A stretch of DNA of 64,000 bases from an uncultured Candidatus Entotheonella sp. (GCA_965217185.1 OZ244252.1:2784001-2848000), one strand, 5' to 3'; shown: positions 15,820 through 28,491, counted from the first letter of the stretch. Numbers and translations are program-made. Notes: generated by a model from the sequence alone, not told the origin.

Positions 15820-17062
15820 TACAACTCCCAGGTGCGTCGGGGTTGTCGAGCTGGAACGCCGCGTGCAGAACCCGCACCGCCAACTCGGCGTATTTGTCGT
15901 CGATGACACACGAAATTTTGATTTCAGAGGTGCTGATCATCACGATGTTGATGTTCTCCGTCGCCAGGGCGCGAAACATGCGAGCCGCCACGCCGGCGTG
16001 GCTCTGCATACCGACGCCGACGATCGACACCTTGGCGATGCCGCTCTCCAGGGTAACGCTGGCGGCACCGATTTCCGCCAGGCTTTGGCGGGCGATGTCC
16101 AGCGTCGGCTGAGCGTCGGCGCGCGCCACCGTGAACGAAATGTCCGTCAGGCCGCCCTCGCTGGCGTTCTGAATGATCATGTCCACCACGATGCCGGCCT
16201 CGGCGATGCGTCCGAACAGATTGCCGGCGATGCCGGGGCGGTCGGGCAGTCGGGTCAAGGTAATCTTGGCCTGGTTGCTGTCCGCCGTCACGCCGGTGAC
16301 GACGACGCGTTCCATGTCCTGATCGGATCTGGTGACCAATGTTCCGCTTCCTTCGGTAAATGACGATTTGACCCACAGCGGCACGTCGTGTGCCTTGGCG
16401 AACTCGACGGCGCGAGCCTGCAGCACCTTAGCCCCGAGGCGCGCCATTTCGAGCATTTCGTCGTAGGAAACGCGATCCAGGCGGCGGGCCTGCGGCACCA
16501 GGTTCGGATCGGCGGTGTAAACCCCGTCCACGTCGGTATAGATTTCGCAACTGTCGGCCTCAAGGGCGGCGGCGAGAGCCACCGCGGTGAGATCGGAGCC
16601 GCCGCGCCCCAGGGTGGTGAGTTCGTCGCTTTCGCTGATGCCCTGAAAACCGGCGACCACCGGGATGACCCCGGCAGACAGATCCCGCTGCAGGCGGGTG
16701 GTGGTAATGGTGCGGATGCGGGCGTGAGTGTGGGCGCTGTCGGTGACGATGCCGCCCTGCATGCCGGTGAAGGACCGGGCCGCGCATCCGGCCTCTTGCA
16801 GGGCCATGGCGACCAAGGCAATGGACACCATTTCGCCGGTGGCGAGGAGCATATCGACCTCTCTCGCCGCCGGCGTCGCGGTGACCTCCTGTGCCAAACC
16901 GAGCAACCGGTCGGTCTCGCCGGCCATAGCCGACACAACAACTACAACACGGCTGCCGGCGTGCCGCACGCGCCGCACGCGCTCGGCCAGCGCCCGGATG
17001 CGGTCCACAGTCCCCACCGAGGTGCCGCCGTATTTCTGTACGATTAGGTCCGCCTTCGCCAT
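15812..17062 (-). CDS. lysC: Aspartate kinase
   Basis: [17 protein letters not shown], two ACT domains, ISTSEIKIS. Confidence 0.96.
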
Positions 17063-17066
17063 GCCG

Positions 17067-18386
17067 TCACGCTTCCACGGCATCTTCGACGCGGATGCGG
17101 GTGGTCTCGCCCTGCACCGCCGACAGGCTGGCGATGGCCTGAAGCGCTCGCTGCACGCTCTGCTCGCGCGCTTCGTGCGTCATTATGACAACGGATACCG
17201 GTGTGCCCGGTGCGTGCGCCCGGCCTTTTTGCAGCACCGACTCGATGCTGATGTCGTGCTGGCCGAGGATGCCGGCGATGGCCGCCAGGGTGCCGGGTTG
17301 GTCGAGCACCTGAAACCGCAGGTAGTATCGGCAGACGATCTCGTCGATCTTTTGCAGCGGCAGTTGTTGCAGGCTGCTTTCCTGGTAGCCGCGCGGCGGC
17401 ACCCGGCCACTGCTGCCCTGCAGGATGTTGCGCGCCACGTCCACCACGTCGCCGACCACCGCGCTGCCCGTCGGCATGGCGCCGGCGCCGCGCCCGATCA
17501 GCATGCTGCGGCCCACGGCGTCGCCCTGAATGGATACCGCGTTGTGGACGCCGTTGACGTGCGCCAGCCAGCTGTCCAAGGCCACGAAGGCGGGATGCAC
17601 ACGCACGTCGAGTTGCCCCTCGGCCACCTTGGCGAGCGCCAACAGCTTGACGCGGTAGCCCAGCTCGCTGGCATAGGCGATGTCCAGGCGGCTAAGGCCG
17701 TCGATCCCCTCGGTGTAGACCTGCTGGTGCGGCACCCACGAGCCGAAAGCCAGGGAGGCGAGCAGGGCGATCTTCTGCGCGGCGTCGATCCCCGCGATGT
17801 CGAAATGCGGGTCGGCTTCGGCGTACCCCAGGGCCTGCGCTTCTTTCAGGGCCTCGGCGAAATCGAGGTCTTCGTCGCTCATCTGGCTCAGGATGTAATT
17901 GCAGGTGCCGTTGATGATGCTGGCGATGGCGCCAAATCGGTTCGCCACAAAGCCTTCCTTGATGGTGCGAATCACCGGAATGCCGCCGCCGACGCTGGCC
18001 TCGAAGCCGATGTCGCGCCCCGCCGCGGCTGCCGCTTCGAAGAGTTCCTGCCCGTGTTCGGCCAGCAGGGCCTTGTTCGCCGTCACCACGTGCTTGCCGG
18101 CTCGCAGGGCTTCCAGCAGGTACGTGCGTGCCGGTTCGTAGCCGCCCATCAGCTCGACCACAATGTCGATCTCCGGATCGTGGATGACGGCCAGCGCGTC
18201 ACCGGTCACCTGATTCGCCGACAGCGGCACGTCGCTTGGACGTTCGGGGTGCCGCCGCGCGGCGCGTTTCAGCACCAGGCGCGCGCCCAGCCGCTGCGTG
18301 ATCAACTCGGCCTGCTGCGACAGGATGGCGGCCACGCCGCCCCCGACGTTGCCCAGACCGATGAGTCCTACTTGAATGGTTTGCAT
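17067..18386 (-). CDS. hom: Homoserine dehydrogenase
   Basis: [33 protein letters not shown]-terminal ACT domain. Confidence 0.96.
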   Translation of the reverse strand: MQTIQVGLIGLGNVGGGVAAILSQQAELITQRLGARLVLKRAARRHPERPSDVPLSANQVTGDALAVIHDPEIDIVVELMGGYEPARTYLLEALRAGKHVVTANKALLAEHGQELFEAAAAAGRDIGFEASVGGGIPVIRTIKEGFVANRFGAIASIINGTCNYILSQMSDEDLDFAEALKEAQALGYAEADPHFDIAGIDAAQKIALLASLAFGSWVPHQQVYTEGIDGLSRLDIAYASELGYRVKLLALAKVAEGQLDVRVHPAFVALDSWLAHVNGVHNAVSIQGDAVGRSMLIGRGAGAMPTGSAVVGDVVDVARNILQGSSGRVPPRGYQESSLQQLPLQKIDEIVCRYYLRFQVLDQPGTLAAIAGILGQHDISIESVLQKGRAHAPGTPVSVVIMTHEAREQSVQRALQAIASLSAVQGETTRIRVEDAVEA

Positions 18387-18409
18387 GGGTTTCCCGTCCC
18401 TCGTACCGT

Positions 18410-19591
18410 TCACAGCAGCGTGCGCAGGCCGCGCAGGGCCTGGCGGGTGCGGTGGGCGTTCTCCACCAGCGCAAAGCGCACGTGGCCGTCGCCGCCTTCG
18501 CCGAATCCGATGCCGGGGGCCACCGCCACTTTGGCCTGGTGCAGCACGTGTTTGGCGAACTCCAGCGAGCCCATGGCTTGATACGCCTCGGGAATTCCGG
18601 CCCACACGAACATCGTGCCCTGCGGCTTCTCCACCGGCCAGCCGATGCGCTGCAGCCCGTCGATCAGCGTGTTGCGCCGCTGGCAGTATGTCTCGCAGAT
18701 GGCTTTGGCCTCTTCCGCCAACTCGTTCAACGCCACCGTGCTGGCGATCTGTATCGGCTGAAAAATCCCGTAGTCCAGATAGCTCTTGATCTTGCGCAGC
18801 GCCCCCACCAGTTCCGGGTTGCCCAGGGCAAAACCGACGCGCCAGCCGGGCATGTTGAAGCTCTTCGACAGCGAGAAAAACTCGATGCCGACCTCCATGG
18901 CCCCCGGAACCTGCAGCAGGCTGGGCGCCTGGTAGCCGTCGAAGACGAGATCGGCGTAGGCAAAATCGTGCACGACGATCAGTCCCGCTTGACGCGCGAA
19001 ATCCACCACTTGGGTGAAAAAGTCGAGGTCCACGCACGTCGTCGTCGGATTGTGCGGGAAATTGAGCACCAGGATTTTCGGGCGTGGTCGGTGCCGTTCG
19101 CAGGCCGTTTTGAGGCTTTCAAGCAGGTGCGCCGGAGAGGTGAACGGCACGGGCAGGATGTCGCCGTTGGCAAACACGGGGCCGTACATGTGGATGGGGT
19201 AGGCCGGGGTCGGCACCAGCACCACGTCGCCGGGGTTGACGATGGCCCACATGAGATGCGCGAAGCCTTCCTTGACGCCGATGGTCGCTACCACGTTGTC
19301 GTCGCTATCGACGTCAACCCCGAACCGCCGGCGGTAGTAATCCGCGATGGCCAGGCGGAGCTTGCCGATGCCGCGGGAGGCCGAATAACGATGGTTGTGG
19401 GGTCTGCGGACCGCCTCGCACAGCTTGTCGATGACGGGCTGCGGCGGCGGGTCGCTGGGGTTGCCCATGCCGAAGTCGATGATGTCTTCACCGGCGCGGC
19501 GGGCGGCAAGCTTGAGTTCGTCCACGATGGCGAAAACGTATGGAGGAAGGCGGTCAATGCGTGCGAAGTGCGGGGTGTCGTGCGTTCTCAA
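18410..19591 (-). CDS. alaC: PLP-dependent aminotransferase class I (AlaC-like)
   Basis: [34 protein letters not shown]; start codon approximate (TTG after AGGAG). Confidence 0.8.
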   Translation of the reverse strand: MRTHDTPHFARIDRLPPYVFAIVDELKLAARRAGEDIIDFGMGNPSDPPPQPVIDKLCEAVRRPHNHRYSASRGIGKLRLAIADYYRRRFGVDVDSDDNVVATIGVKEGFAHLMWAIVNPGDVVLVPTPAYPIHMYGPVFANGDILPVPFTSPAHLLESLKTACERHRPRPKILVLNFPHNPTTTCVDLDFFTQVVDFARQAGLIVVHDFAYADLVFDGYQAPSLLQVPGAMEVGIEFFSLSKSFNMPGWRVGFALGNPELVGALRKIKSYLDYGIFQPIQIASTVALNELAEEAKAICETYCQRRNTLIDGLQRIGWPVEKPQGTMFVWAGIPEAYQAMGSLEFAKHVLHQAKVAVAPGIGFGEGGDGHVRFALVENAHRTRQALRGLRTLL

Positions 19592-19611
19592 AAATTCAAC
19601 TCCTGGCCGCC

Positions 19612-20388
19612 TCAGTCCCTCGTGATCATTGCGTCCGACTTCCCAAATTTCCCCAGTTTTTCCAGTGCCAGGTTCGCCGTGTCGCGATCGGCGAATTTCC
19701 CCACTTTGACCCGGTACCACAACGGCCGACCCGGAGCCACGAACGGGTGGAGGTAGGCGCGGTAGCCTTGCTTGGTTAATTCCTCCATAAGGTTCTTGGC
19801 TCGCTCCGGCTTGAGAAAGCTTGCGACTTGGACGCTATAAGTTTCCACAACTGACTCATTGGTGCCGAGAGAGGGAGTGCCTGTTGGGTCCACTGCCCGC
19901 GGGGCCAAGTCCGTTCTTTCCGCCACGGCAGGTAGTTCCTGACGGGCTGGGACCGGGGCTGCAGGCGGCACAACGGGCGAGGGAGTCGGCGCCTGCGCCG
20001 TTTCAGTTGTTACCCCCGTTCGGTCTGTCGACTGCGGGGCCGTTTGTTCTGCCACGACAGTCGGCGCCGGCGGAGCTGGCGTTGGGGTCGTTTCAGCCGC
20101 TGGGATCATTTTGGCCGGCTCGCCCTTTAACAACGCATCGTAAAACGTCAGCTTTCCTTCTTCAACATCCCCTTGCCCTGGAGACTCGACGGCCTGCTGT
20201 ATTTTGACAACGTAGGGGCTGACCTGCGCGTTGGCCTTGTATCCCATGCCGGCAATAAACCCGGCGCCGAACGCCACCATGCACCCGACCAGCGACACGC
20301 AAAACACCAACCCGATGTGCTTTGGCTTCATATAGAACCCGGGACGCCACCCGCCTCGGGGCACCTGCTCGGTCGTACGCTCTTCCAT
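19612..20388 (-). CDS. SPOR-domain membrane protein (FtsN-like)
   Basis: N-terminal TM, LTFYDAL, Pro/Thr linker, [15 protein letters not shown]; downstream of argS. Confidence 0.85.
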   Translation of the reverse strand: MEERTTEQVPRGGWRPGFYMKPKHIGLVFCVSLVGCMVAFGAGFIAGMGYKANAQVSPYVVKIQQAVESPGQGDVEEGKLTFYDALLKGEPAKMIPAAETTPTPAPPAPTVVAEQTAPQSTDRTGVTTETAQAPTPSPVVPPAAPVPARQELPAVAERTDLAPRAVDPTGTPSLGTNESVVETYSVQVASFLKPERAKNLMEELTKQGYRAYLHPFVAPGRPLWYRVKVGKFADRDTANLALEKLGKFGKSDAMITRD

Positions 20389-20414
20389 GCCGGTCTCCAG
20401 TTGAAGTGAAAGGG

Positions 20415-22151
20415 TTACATCGCGTCGGGCGTAGGCACACCCAGAAGCTTCAAGCCGTTACACAGGACTGTTCGCACCGCGGTAGTCAGGGCCACCCGCG
20501 CCGCCGTCAGGTCCGCGGCATCCGGCCGCAGAATACGCAGGCCGGGGTCCTTGTTGCCGCGCGTCCAATAACCGTTGAAATCAGCGGCAATGGCGAGCAG
20601 GTGCTGCGCCACCATTGAAGGCTCCCACGTTCGCGCCGCTTCCGCCACGGCGGCGGGATAAGTCGCGAGTTTGCGTACCAAGGCACGTTCTTCCGGCTGT
20701 TGCAACAACTCATACAACGGCTCGACATGGGTGGTTTCCGGTGCCGCCGCCAGCACGCTGGCGCAGCGCGCCTGCGTGTACTGCATGTACGGCCCGGTTT
20801 CCCCCTGCGGGTTGAGAATGGCTTCCTGATCGAACTTCACGTCGCGTGTCCGGCGGTTCTTGAGGTCGTTGAAGATCACCGCTCCAACGCCGACCTGTCG
20901 CGCCACTACCTCGGCATCAGGCAGGTCCGGGTTACTCACCGCCATCTTCTCGCGCGCCATGCCGATGGCCGCCTCCAGAACGGTCTTGAGCAGCGAGGCG
21001 TTCCCCTGTCGGGTGGAGCCCTTTTCCCACTTGCCGTTCTCCGGGTTGCGTTGCAGAACGAGACCGAAAGGAATGTGATGGCAGTCTGATGCCCATTCAA
21101 AACCGGCGAGTTCCAGCACCTTGAACAACTGCACAAAGTGCAGGCTCTGGCCCATGTCCACGACGTACAGGCAGGTATCGAAGCGCCACTCGCGCTTACG
21201 GTAGAGCACCGTCGCCAAGTCGCGGGTGCTGTAAAGGGTAGCGCCATCCTGCTTTTTGAGCAAACACGGCGGCATGTCGTAGTCCGACAGATCAACCACC
21301 AGGGCGCCCTGGCTTTCACTCACCAGGCCGCGCGCCTGCAATTCGGCAATGGCGTCGTCCATGTACGGTTCGAAAAACGACTCGCCCATGGTGTGCTCGA
21401 ACGACACGCCGAGCAGGTCGTAAACTTTGCCAAACTCGGCCAGCGACACATCGACGAACCAGCGCCAACGCTTGCGCGCCAGCGGGTCGCCCGCCTCCAG
21501 GCGCTGGAACCAGCGGCGGCCCTCGGCGGCGAAATCGGCATCGGCCTTGGCTTCGTTGCGCGCCCGCACGTAAAGGGCATTGAGCTGTACGATGTCCTCG
21601 GAATCCGCCGCATCGTCCCAGCCAAAGCGCTCATAGGCGGCGATGAGCAGCCCAAATGGCGTGCCCCAATCGCCCAGATGATTATCGCCCTCGACCGTGT
21701 AGCCGCGCGCTTCCAGAATCTGCTTCAGGGCGTGCCCGATCATGGTCGAGCGGACGTGATGAAAGGCTAGTTCCTTGGCGATGTTCGGGCTGGAGTAATC
21801 GATCACCACCTTCTTGCCGCGTCCCTCGTCCTCGCAGCCGTAGCGTTCCCCTTCGCGGGCAATGGTCTGCAGCACCTCGCGGCTGAGAATGTCGTCATCC
21901 AGCGTGAAGTTGAGGTAAGGCCCATGGGCGGCTACGGCGGCAACCGGGGCAGCGAGGGTGAGTTGCTGAGCGAGTTGAGCGGCGATTTGTTGCGGCGCCT
22001 GGCGCCAAACCTTGGCAAGGGTGAAGCAGGGAAAGGCGAAATCTCCCCAAGCGGCTTCGGGGGGAACGCGCAGCATGGGGACGATGGTCTCGGTGGGCTG
22101 CCCTAGAGACTCGGTGAGACACTCGGCTATAGCTTCCTTATAAGCCTCCAC
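20415..22151 (-). CDS. argS: Arginine--tRNA ligase
   Basis: DYSSPNIAK, NHLGDWGT, GETGPYMQY. Confidence 0.95.
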   Translation of the reverse strand: MEAYKEAIAECLTESLGQPTETIVPMLRVPPEAAWGDFAFPCFTLAKVWRQAPQQIAAQLAQQLTLAAPVAAVAAHGPYLNFTLDDDILSREVLQTIAREGERYGCEDEGRGKKVVIDYSSPNIAKELAFHHVRSTMIGHALKQILEARGYTVEGDNHLGDWGTPFGLLIAAYERFGWDDAADSEDIVQLNALYVRARNEAKADADFAAEGRRWFQRLEAGDPLARKRWRWFVDVSLAEFGKVYDLLGVSFEHTMGESFFEPYMDDAIAELQARGLVSESQGALVVDLSDYDMPPCLLKKQDGATLYSTRDLATVLYRKREWRFDTCLYVVDMGQSLHFVQLFKVLELAGFEWASDCHHIPFGLVLQRNPENGKWEKGSTRQGNASLLKTVLEAAIGMAREKMAVSNPDLPDAEVVARQVGVGAVIFNDLKNRRTRDVKFDQEAILNPQGETGPYMQYTQARCASVLAAAPETTHVEPLYELLQQPEERALVRKLATYPAAVAEAARTWEPSMVAQHLLAIAADFNGYWTRGNKDPGLRILRPDAADLTAARVALTTAVRTVLCNGLKLLGVPTPDAM

Positions 22152-22258
22152 AGGGCTCCTTCACAGATCGGCTTGCATGTGGCTGTCCAATCAAAACTGG
22201 GTGCGAAATATACAATATAAAGGGGTGGATGAAAAGTCAGATATGCGGGCGGTAGGAC

Positions 22259-23002
22259 CTACAGATACAAAAAGGGGTACGACTTGATTTCGCGGCCCAG
22301 GCAGGTAGTCAGGTGGAGGTGCAACAGCCGTTCCAGGTCCTGTTGGGCAGCGGTGTCGGGCAGCGTTTCCGGCAAAGGAATATGGCCCATCATGCCGCGC
22401 AGGTAGCCGCAAGCGGCGCAGCCGACCTTCAGGGTGTGGCGGGTGGCGGCGCAAGTCGCGCAGACCAAGCCGCCGGCCCGCGCGTTGTAGCCGCAGGCGC
22501 CGGGTGGCAACTCCCCGCCGCAATGGGCGCACTCGCTAAGTTGCAGAGCATAGCCGCTGAGTGCCAGCAGGGAAATTTCAAAGTGACGCAGGACCATCGG
22601 CGCGCCCGGCGGCTGCTCGGGCCGCGCCAAGGCCTCCAGAGCCTCGTCAAACAGCGCGAAGAGCTCGGGAGCGGGTTGCCGGTCCGGCGTGCTGATGTCG
22701 ATGAGCTCGGTCATGTAGAGGCCGCAGCTCAGCAGATTGAAATCCTGGTGCAGAACGCGGAACGCCTGCGCGATGTCGACACTGTGGGTATGGTAAAGGG
22801 AACGCGTCGGGCGCCCGTAGGCGATGACGTGCAGCCGCGTCAGCGGTTGGTAATAACCAGCAGTGCGGCTGTGGCCGCGGCGATTCCGGTGGGCCACGAC
22901 GCGCAGCTTGCCGTAATCCCGCGTGAACAGCACTACAATCTGGTCGGATTCCCCGAGCTTGTACGTGCGCAACACGAAAGCGTCGCTACGGTATAACGCC
23001 AC
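22259..23002 (-). CDS. recO: DNA repair protein RecO
   Basis: VLRTYKLGESDQIV, CxxC..CxxC; follows era. Confidence 0.9.
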   Translation of the reverse strand: MALYRSDAFVLRTYKLGESDQIVVLFTRDYGKLRVVAHRNRRGHSRTAGYYQPLTRLHVIAYGRPTRSLYHTHSVDIAQAFRVLHQDFNLLSCGLYMTELIDISTPDRQPAPELFALFDEALEALARPEQPPGAPMVLRHFEISLLALSGYALQLSECAHCGGELPPGACGYNARAGGLVCATCAATRHTLKVGCAACGYLRGMMGHIPLPETLPDTAAQQDLERLLHLHLTTCLGREIKSYPFLYL

Positions 23003-23005
23003 CCT

Positions 23006-23896
23006 TCAGCCTCGCATCTCGCCGAATCCCAGGGTTCGCAGCGTTCCGGCGTGCTCCTTCCAGTTGCGCCGTACGCGCACCACCAGGTGCAGCCGCACCG
23101 GGCAGTGCAGCAGCCCGCCGATCGCCCGGCGCGCCTGGGTGCCGATGGCCTTGATCATCTGCCCCTGGCGGCCCACCAGGATGCCCTTCTGCGATGCCTT
23201 TTCCACCATCACGCTGGCCTCGATTTCGACACCGCCGTCGCGCCGCTCCCGGAACTCCTCAATCTCGACGGCGACGGCATAGGGCACCTCTTCGTGGGTG
23301 CGCAGCATCACCTGCTCGCGGATCAACTCGGCAATGAGAAAGCGCTCATCGCGGTCCGTCGGCATGTCCGGCGGGAAATGCGCCGGGCCTTCGGGAAGGT
23401 AGCGCACCAGGCAGTCAACCAGCGCCTGCACGTTGTCGCCACGCAAGGCGGACAGCGGCAGCACCTCGGCGAAGGCGTCTTTGTCGGGAAAGTCGTCAAT
23501 CAGCGGCAGGAGCTGCGCCGTCGCCATACGGTCGGTCTTGTTGAGGAGCCAGAACACGGTCACGTCCGGCTGACGCAGGTGGCGGCGCAGGAACGCCAGG
23601 TCGGGATACGGCGAGCGATTGGCATCGGTCATGTACAGGACGACCTGCGGGTCGATCAACGCCTCGTCGACGGCCTGCATCATGAAACGGCTCAGGCGGG
23701 TCTTGCCGCGGTGGATGCCCGGCGTATCGAGGAACACCAGTTGCGCGTCGGGAAGATTCTTCACCCCCAGGATGCGGTGCCGCGTGGTTTGCGGCTTGGG
23801 CGTAACGATGGCGAGCTTGGTGCCGATCACCGTGTTGAGGAGCGTCGATTTGCCGACGTTGGGCTCGCCGATGATGGTGATGGATCCGCAACGCAT
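23006..23896 (-). CDS. era: GTPase Era
   Basis: GEPNVGKSTL, KPQTTR, DTPG, NKTD, EEVPY, KH domain. Confidence 0.95.
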   Translation of the reverse strand: MRCGSITIIGEPNVGKSTLLNTVIGTKLAIVTPKPQTTRHRILGVKNLPDAQLVFLDTPGIHRGKTRLSRFMMQAVDEALIDPQVVLYMTDANRSPYPDLAFLRRHLRQPDVTVFWLLNKTDRMATAQLLPLIDDFPDKDAFAEVLPLSALRGDNVQALVDCLVRYLPEGPAHFPPDMPTDRDERFLIAELIREQVMLRTHEEVPYAVAVEIEEFRERRDGGVEIEASVMVEKASQKGILVGRQGQMIKAIGTQARRAIGGLLHCPVRLHLVVRVRRNWKEHAGTLRTLGFGEMRG

Positions 23897-23904
23897 GACG
23901 GCCC

Positions 23905-25728
23905 TCACTGCACCCGCAGGCCGAGCTCGCGCAATTGCCCGGCGTCCACTCCGGCGGGAGATTGCATGAACAGGTCCTGGGCACGCTGTGTCTTGGGGAA
24001 GGCAATGACGTCGCGCAGGCTGTCGCCGCCGGCGAGCAGCAAGCAGAGGCGGTCGAAGCCGAAGGCAAAACCGCCGTGCGGCGGCGCCCCGGCGTCGAGG
24101 GCATCGAGCAGAAAGCCGAAGCGCTCGCGCGCCTCGGCTTCGTCGTAACCCAGCAATTCCAGGATTTTGAGCTGCACGTCGCTGCGGTGGTTGCGCAGGC
24201 TGCCGGAGCCCATTTCGATGCCGTTGATCACCAGGTCGTAATGCGTGGCGCGTACCTTCAGGGGGTCGCCGGCGAGCAGGTCGATGTCGTCCTCCAGCGG
24301 GGCGACGAACGGCATGTGCATGTAGGTCAGCTGGTCGTTGTCGGCCTCCTCGAACAGCGGGAAATCCACCACGAACAGCGCGTCCCAATCGCGCCCGTCG
24401 CCGCGGTCCAGGCGCTTGCCGAGTTCGAGGCGCAGGCGGCTCAGAACGTCATTGGCGAGGGCAGGACGGTCGGCGATGAACAACAGCAGGTGGCCGGGAC
24501 GCAGACCGGCGCGCTCGGCAATCTGTTGCTGCTCGGCATCGTCCAGGTACTTGGCGATGGGGGATTGCCACGTGCCGTCAGCGGCGACGCGGATCCATGC
24601 CATGCCCTTGGCGCCCCAATCCTGAACGCGCTCGATCAGCCGATCCAACTCGCTGCGCGATACGGCCTCGGCGTTCGGCACCGGCAGTGCCTTGACAATG
24701 CCGCCCTTGCGTACGGCCTGCGCGAAAACGTTGAAATCGCTGTCGACGAGGATATCCGACAGATCGACCAATTCGAGCCCGAAGCGCGTGTCGGGGCGGT
24801 CGGTTCCGTAGCGTGCCTGCACGTCGGCGAAGCCGCGGCGGGGAAATGGGCGCGGCAACTCGACGCCGCACACCTCGCGGAACGCCCTCGCGGTCAGTTC
24901 TTCGAGTATCTGCAGCACGTCGTCGACGCCCACGAACGACATCTCGATATCGATCTGGGCGAACTCGAGCTGGCGGTCGGCGCGTTGGTCCTCGTCGCGG
25001 AAGCAGCGGGCAATCTGAAAATAGCCGTCAAATCCGGCGATCATCAAAAGTTGTTTAATAATCTGCGGCGATTGCGGCAGGGCGTAGAAACTGCCGGGAT
25101 AGGTGCGGCTGGGAACCAGAAAATCGCGCGCGCCTTCCGGGGTCGAGCGGTTCAGGATGGGGGTTTCGATTTCGTACAGCCCCAGATCGCTGCAGGCGGC
25201 GCGGACGGATTGCAGCAGGTGGTGCCGGGTCTTGAGGCGCGCCTGCATGAGGGGGCGCCGCAGGTCATGCACACGGTGCCGCAGGCGCAACGCATCGTCC
25301 ACCGCCGCGTCGTCCTCGATGGGAAAGGGCGGCGGCGTGGCCGTATTCAGGATGCGCAGGTCGGAAGCGATGAGCTCAACCTCTCCGGTGGGCAATTTGA
25401 GGTTGATGGCCTCGTCCTCGCGCCGTTCCAGACGTCCGTTGGCGACCATGACGAATTCGGGTCGCAGGCGGCCCGCCTTGTCATGCGCGGCGGGTGCGGC
25501 GTCGGGCTTGAACACCACCTGCGCCAGCCCGCTGCGATCGCGCAGATCGACGAACACCACGCCCCCATGATCCCGCCGACGGTGTACCCAACCGCACAGG
25601 GTGACTTCCTCCCCGACATGTTCCGGGCGCAACATGCCGCAATAGTGGGTACGACGCATCGAGCCGAGAGGGTCCAACTGCTTCACCAATGCCTCCGTCT
25701 GTTGAGATAGCATTTCGGCGGGCGCCAA
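23905..25728 (-). CDS. aspS: Aspartate--tRNA ligase (probably non-discriminating)
   Basis: RRRDHGG, STPEGARDF, ALPQSPQ, GAPPHGG; exact start uncertain. Confidence 0.95.
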   Translation of the reverse strand: MAPAEMLSQQTEALVKQLDPLGSMRRTHYCGMLRPEHVGEEVTLCGWVHRRRDHGGVVFVDLRDRSGLAQVVFKPDAAPAAHDKAGRLRPEFVMVANGRLERREDEAINLKLPTGEVELIASDLRILNTATPPPFPIEDDAAVDDALRLRHRVHDLRRPLMQARLKTRHHLLQSVRAACSDLGLYEIETPILNRSTPEGARDFLVPSRTYPGSFYALPQSPQIIKQLLMIAGFDGYFQIARCFRDEDQRADRQLEFAQIDIEMSFVGVDDVLQILEELTARAFREVCGVELPRPFPRRGFADVQARYGTDRPDTRFGLELVDLSDILVDSDFNVFAQAVRKGGIVKALPVPNAEAVSRSELDRLIERVQDWGAKGMAWIRVAADGTWQSPIAKYLDDAEQQQIAERAGLRPGHLLLFIADRPALANDVLSRLRLELGKRLDRGDGRDWDALFVVDFPLFEEADNDQLTYMHMPFVAPLEDDIDLLAGDPLKVRATHYDLVINGIEMGSGSLRNHRSDVQLKILELLGYDEAEARERFGFLLDALDAGAPPHGGFAFGFDRLCLLLAGGDSLRDVIAFPKTQRAQDLFMQSPAGVDAGQLRELGLRVQ

Positions 25729-25858
25729 AGCACTACTGGGTTCAGGAATGTTCAGAGAGAAAAATCATTGGGGTATGGAAAGCGGGAAATCATATAATGC
25801 GTGCCCAAAGCCGTCAAGATAACCCTTCGCCCGAGACCCCCGTGGCCATGAACGCATC

Positions 25859-28388
25859 ATGCTGAGCCGTCGAATGGTGGCCGCCGCCATGCAGCGCCTG
25901 GAAGGCTGCGCGGCCCGCGTGTGGGAGCGGCCGTTGCTCTGCCTGGCGGCGGGATTACTGGGCGGCAGCGCTGCCAATGCGGTGGCCCATTTTCCCGCCC
26001 CGTTGGTCGTCGGCGTGCTGGCAGCGGCGGGGCTGGGGCTTCTGCCCCGCTGGCCCTGCATCGCCACGCGGCGGTGTTGCTGGGTGGCGTTTCTCGGGTT
26101 GCTATTGACTTCTCTGCATCTCGGCTGGCAGGGCCTGCCGTTACCGCCTGAGCACGTGTCGCACGAGTTGTCGGATCGGCCCGAGCCGCTGGCACGTCGA
26201 GGGCGTCGTTGGCCGCGCCGTGGTGCCGCGCGGCGACCGCCAGTTCGTGTACCTGCGCCTGCACCGGTTGCAGCGTCAGGGGCAACCGTGGGAAGCGGTC
26301 AGCGGGTTGATCCGCGTCAACGTGCATGCTGACAGCCTGCCGTACCTGCCCGGCGACGTCATACGGGTGGACCGGCTGCGGCTGCATCGTCCACGCACCG
26401 CGGGCAATCCGGGGGCGTTCGACTTTCGCGGCCTGATGGAGCGGCGGGGCATTCATGCGGTGGGCGGCGTCACAAACCCGGAACGGCTGCATCTGCTGCG
26501 CCAGGCGGACGGTTTTGGCCTGCCGCACGCCTTGGAGCGCTGGCGGCAAAAATTGCGCGCCGAGTTATCAAGCCTTCTGCCCACGCCGTACAACGCGGTT
26601 TTCCTGGCCATCGTACTTGGCCACAAGGGCTCGCTGCCGGCGGACGTCCAAACCGATTTTCGCACCGCCGGGGTGGCGCATCTGCTGGTCGTTTCGGGGC
26701 TGCACGTGGGCTTCATGGCGGCGGCCACGCTGTTCGGCTGGCGGCAGCTATTGCGCACCGTGCGCAGCCGCGTGCCGCGCGTCTGGCTGCCCGGTTGGCG
26801 CCCGACACCCCTCGCCGCCATGCTCAGCCTGCCGTCGGTGCTGTTGTATTGTTCCCTGGTCGGCTGGCGCGTCCCCACCCTGCGCGCCGCGCTGATGGTC
26901 GGCAGCTACTTGCTGGCCTTGTGCGTCGAACGGCGCAGCGACGCCCGCTACGCCCTGGTGCTGGCGGCCGTGCTCATCGTCCTTGTCGATCCGTGGGCCT
27001 TCGCCGACGTGGGCTTTCGGCTGTCTTTTGCCGCGGTGGCCGCCATCCTGCTGGCGACCGCCGCCGTCCTGAAGCCGCACCCAACGCCGCCAAGCAGGGG
27101 GCAGCGCCTCCGTCGCTACCTGCTGACGTATGTCACGGTAAGCGTGGCGGCCTATCTCGGCACGCTGCCCATCCTGATGCAGGCGTTCCACACGGTGCCG
27201 ACCTTCGGCGTTCTGACAAACCTGCTCCTGCTGCCCCTCGCCGGCCTTCTCGTACCGGCCGGCATGCTAGCCCTTGGCTTGGTGGTGCTGTGGCCCGATG
27301 CAGCGCCCGTTGTCTTCAGCGCCCTTGCCTACCCGATCTCGTGGCTCGTCAGCCTGACGGGGCTGATCGCCGGCCTGCCGAACGCGCAGTTCCATCTTGC
27401 CTCGCCCTCGGCCCTGATGATCGCGGCCTATTACGGCGCCCTAGCCAGCCTCGTGGTTGCCGGGCGTTGGCCGAAACGTTTGACATACACCGGTGCCTGC
27501 GTGTTGGCGCTGCTGCTGGGCGCGGGCTGGCAGGTCCTGGAAACCCGCAGCGACCGGCTGCGCGTCACCTTTCTGGACGTCGGCACGGGGGACGCGATTC
27601 TGGTGCAGGCGCCCGGCAATCACAATCTGCTGATCGACGGCGGCGGCACTTACGACGGGCGTTTCGACATCGGCGCCCGCGTCATTGCGCCGGTGCTCTG
27701 GGACCGCCACGTCCGGCGCTTCGACCTCGTGGCCCTGACCCACCCGCATCCGAACCACGCGCGCGGCCTGGTGAGCGTGCTGCGGCTGTTCCCAGCCGAG
27801 CACCTGCTTACCAACGGCACCCCGATGCGGTACGACTATCTGCGCGACCTCCTTGCCGCCGGCGAGCGTTGGAAGACGCGGCATCACACGGCCCCGAGCG
27901 GCCGGCGTGAATGGCGCTGGGGCGACCTGCGGCTCACCGTGCTGTCGCCGCCGAGCGCCGCCGAGCAAGCCCGCATGCCTTGGAACCCCAAGTCGGAAAA
28001 CGACCGCTCGCTCGTCATGCTGCTGCAATATGGGGAGGTGCGCATGCTGCTTACCGGTGATATTCAACATGCCGCCGAGCACTGGCTGGTGGCCCACCGC
28101 GACGACTTGCGCGCCGACGTCATGCAGGTCCCGCATCACGGCAGCAAAACCTCCACCCTGCCCGACTTCGTGCGGCACGTGCGGCCCCGCGACGGCATCA
28201 TCTCGCTCGGCGCCGGCAACCCCTACGGCCACCCTCACCCGCGCGTGTTGAGCACCCTGATCGAACAACAGGTCAGGGTGTGGCGCATCGACGTCCATGG
28301 CGCCGTCACCGTCAGCACCGATGGCTCGACGTATGAAATTCTCACCCATTATCCAGCTCCGTACAGCGGTCAAGCGTCCCCCGATTAA
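25859..28388 (+). pseudogene. comEC: ComEC/Rec2 competence protein with a 1-bp insertion frameshift near 26191
   Basis: AHLLVVSGLH, DVGTGD, THPHPNH, PHHGS; the N-terminal TM ORF (25859) joins the main ORF if one G of ctGGcac is removed. Confidence 0.8.
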
Positions 28389-28491
28389 AGGCCGTCTCGG
28401 CATGTCCGATCGCCGAGCCGTTCAATACGATTTTTTTCTTGACCTGATGCGAACAGTCGCTGTACCTTTCGCAATCACTTTACGGACCGGA

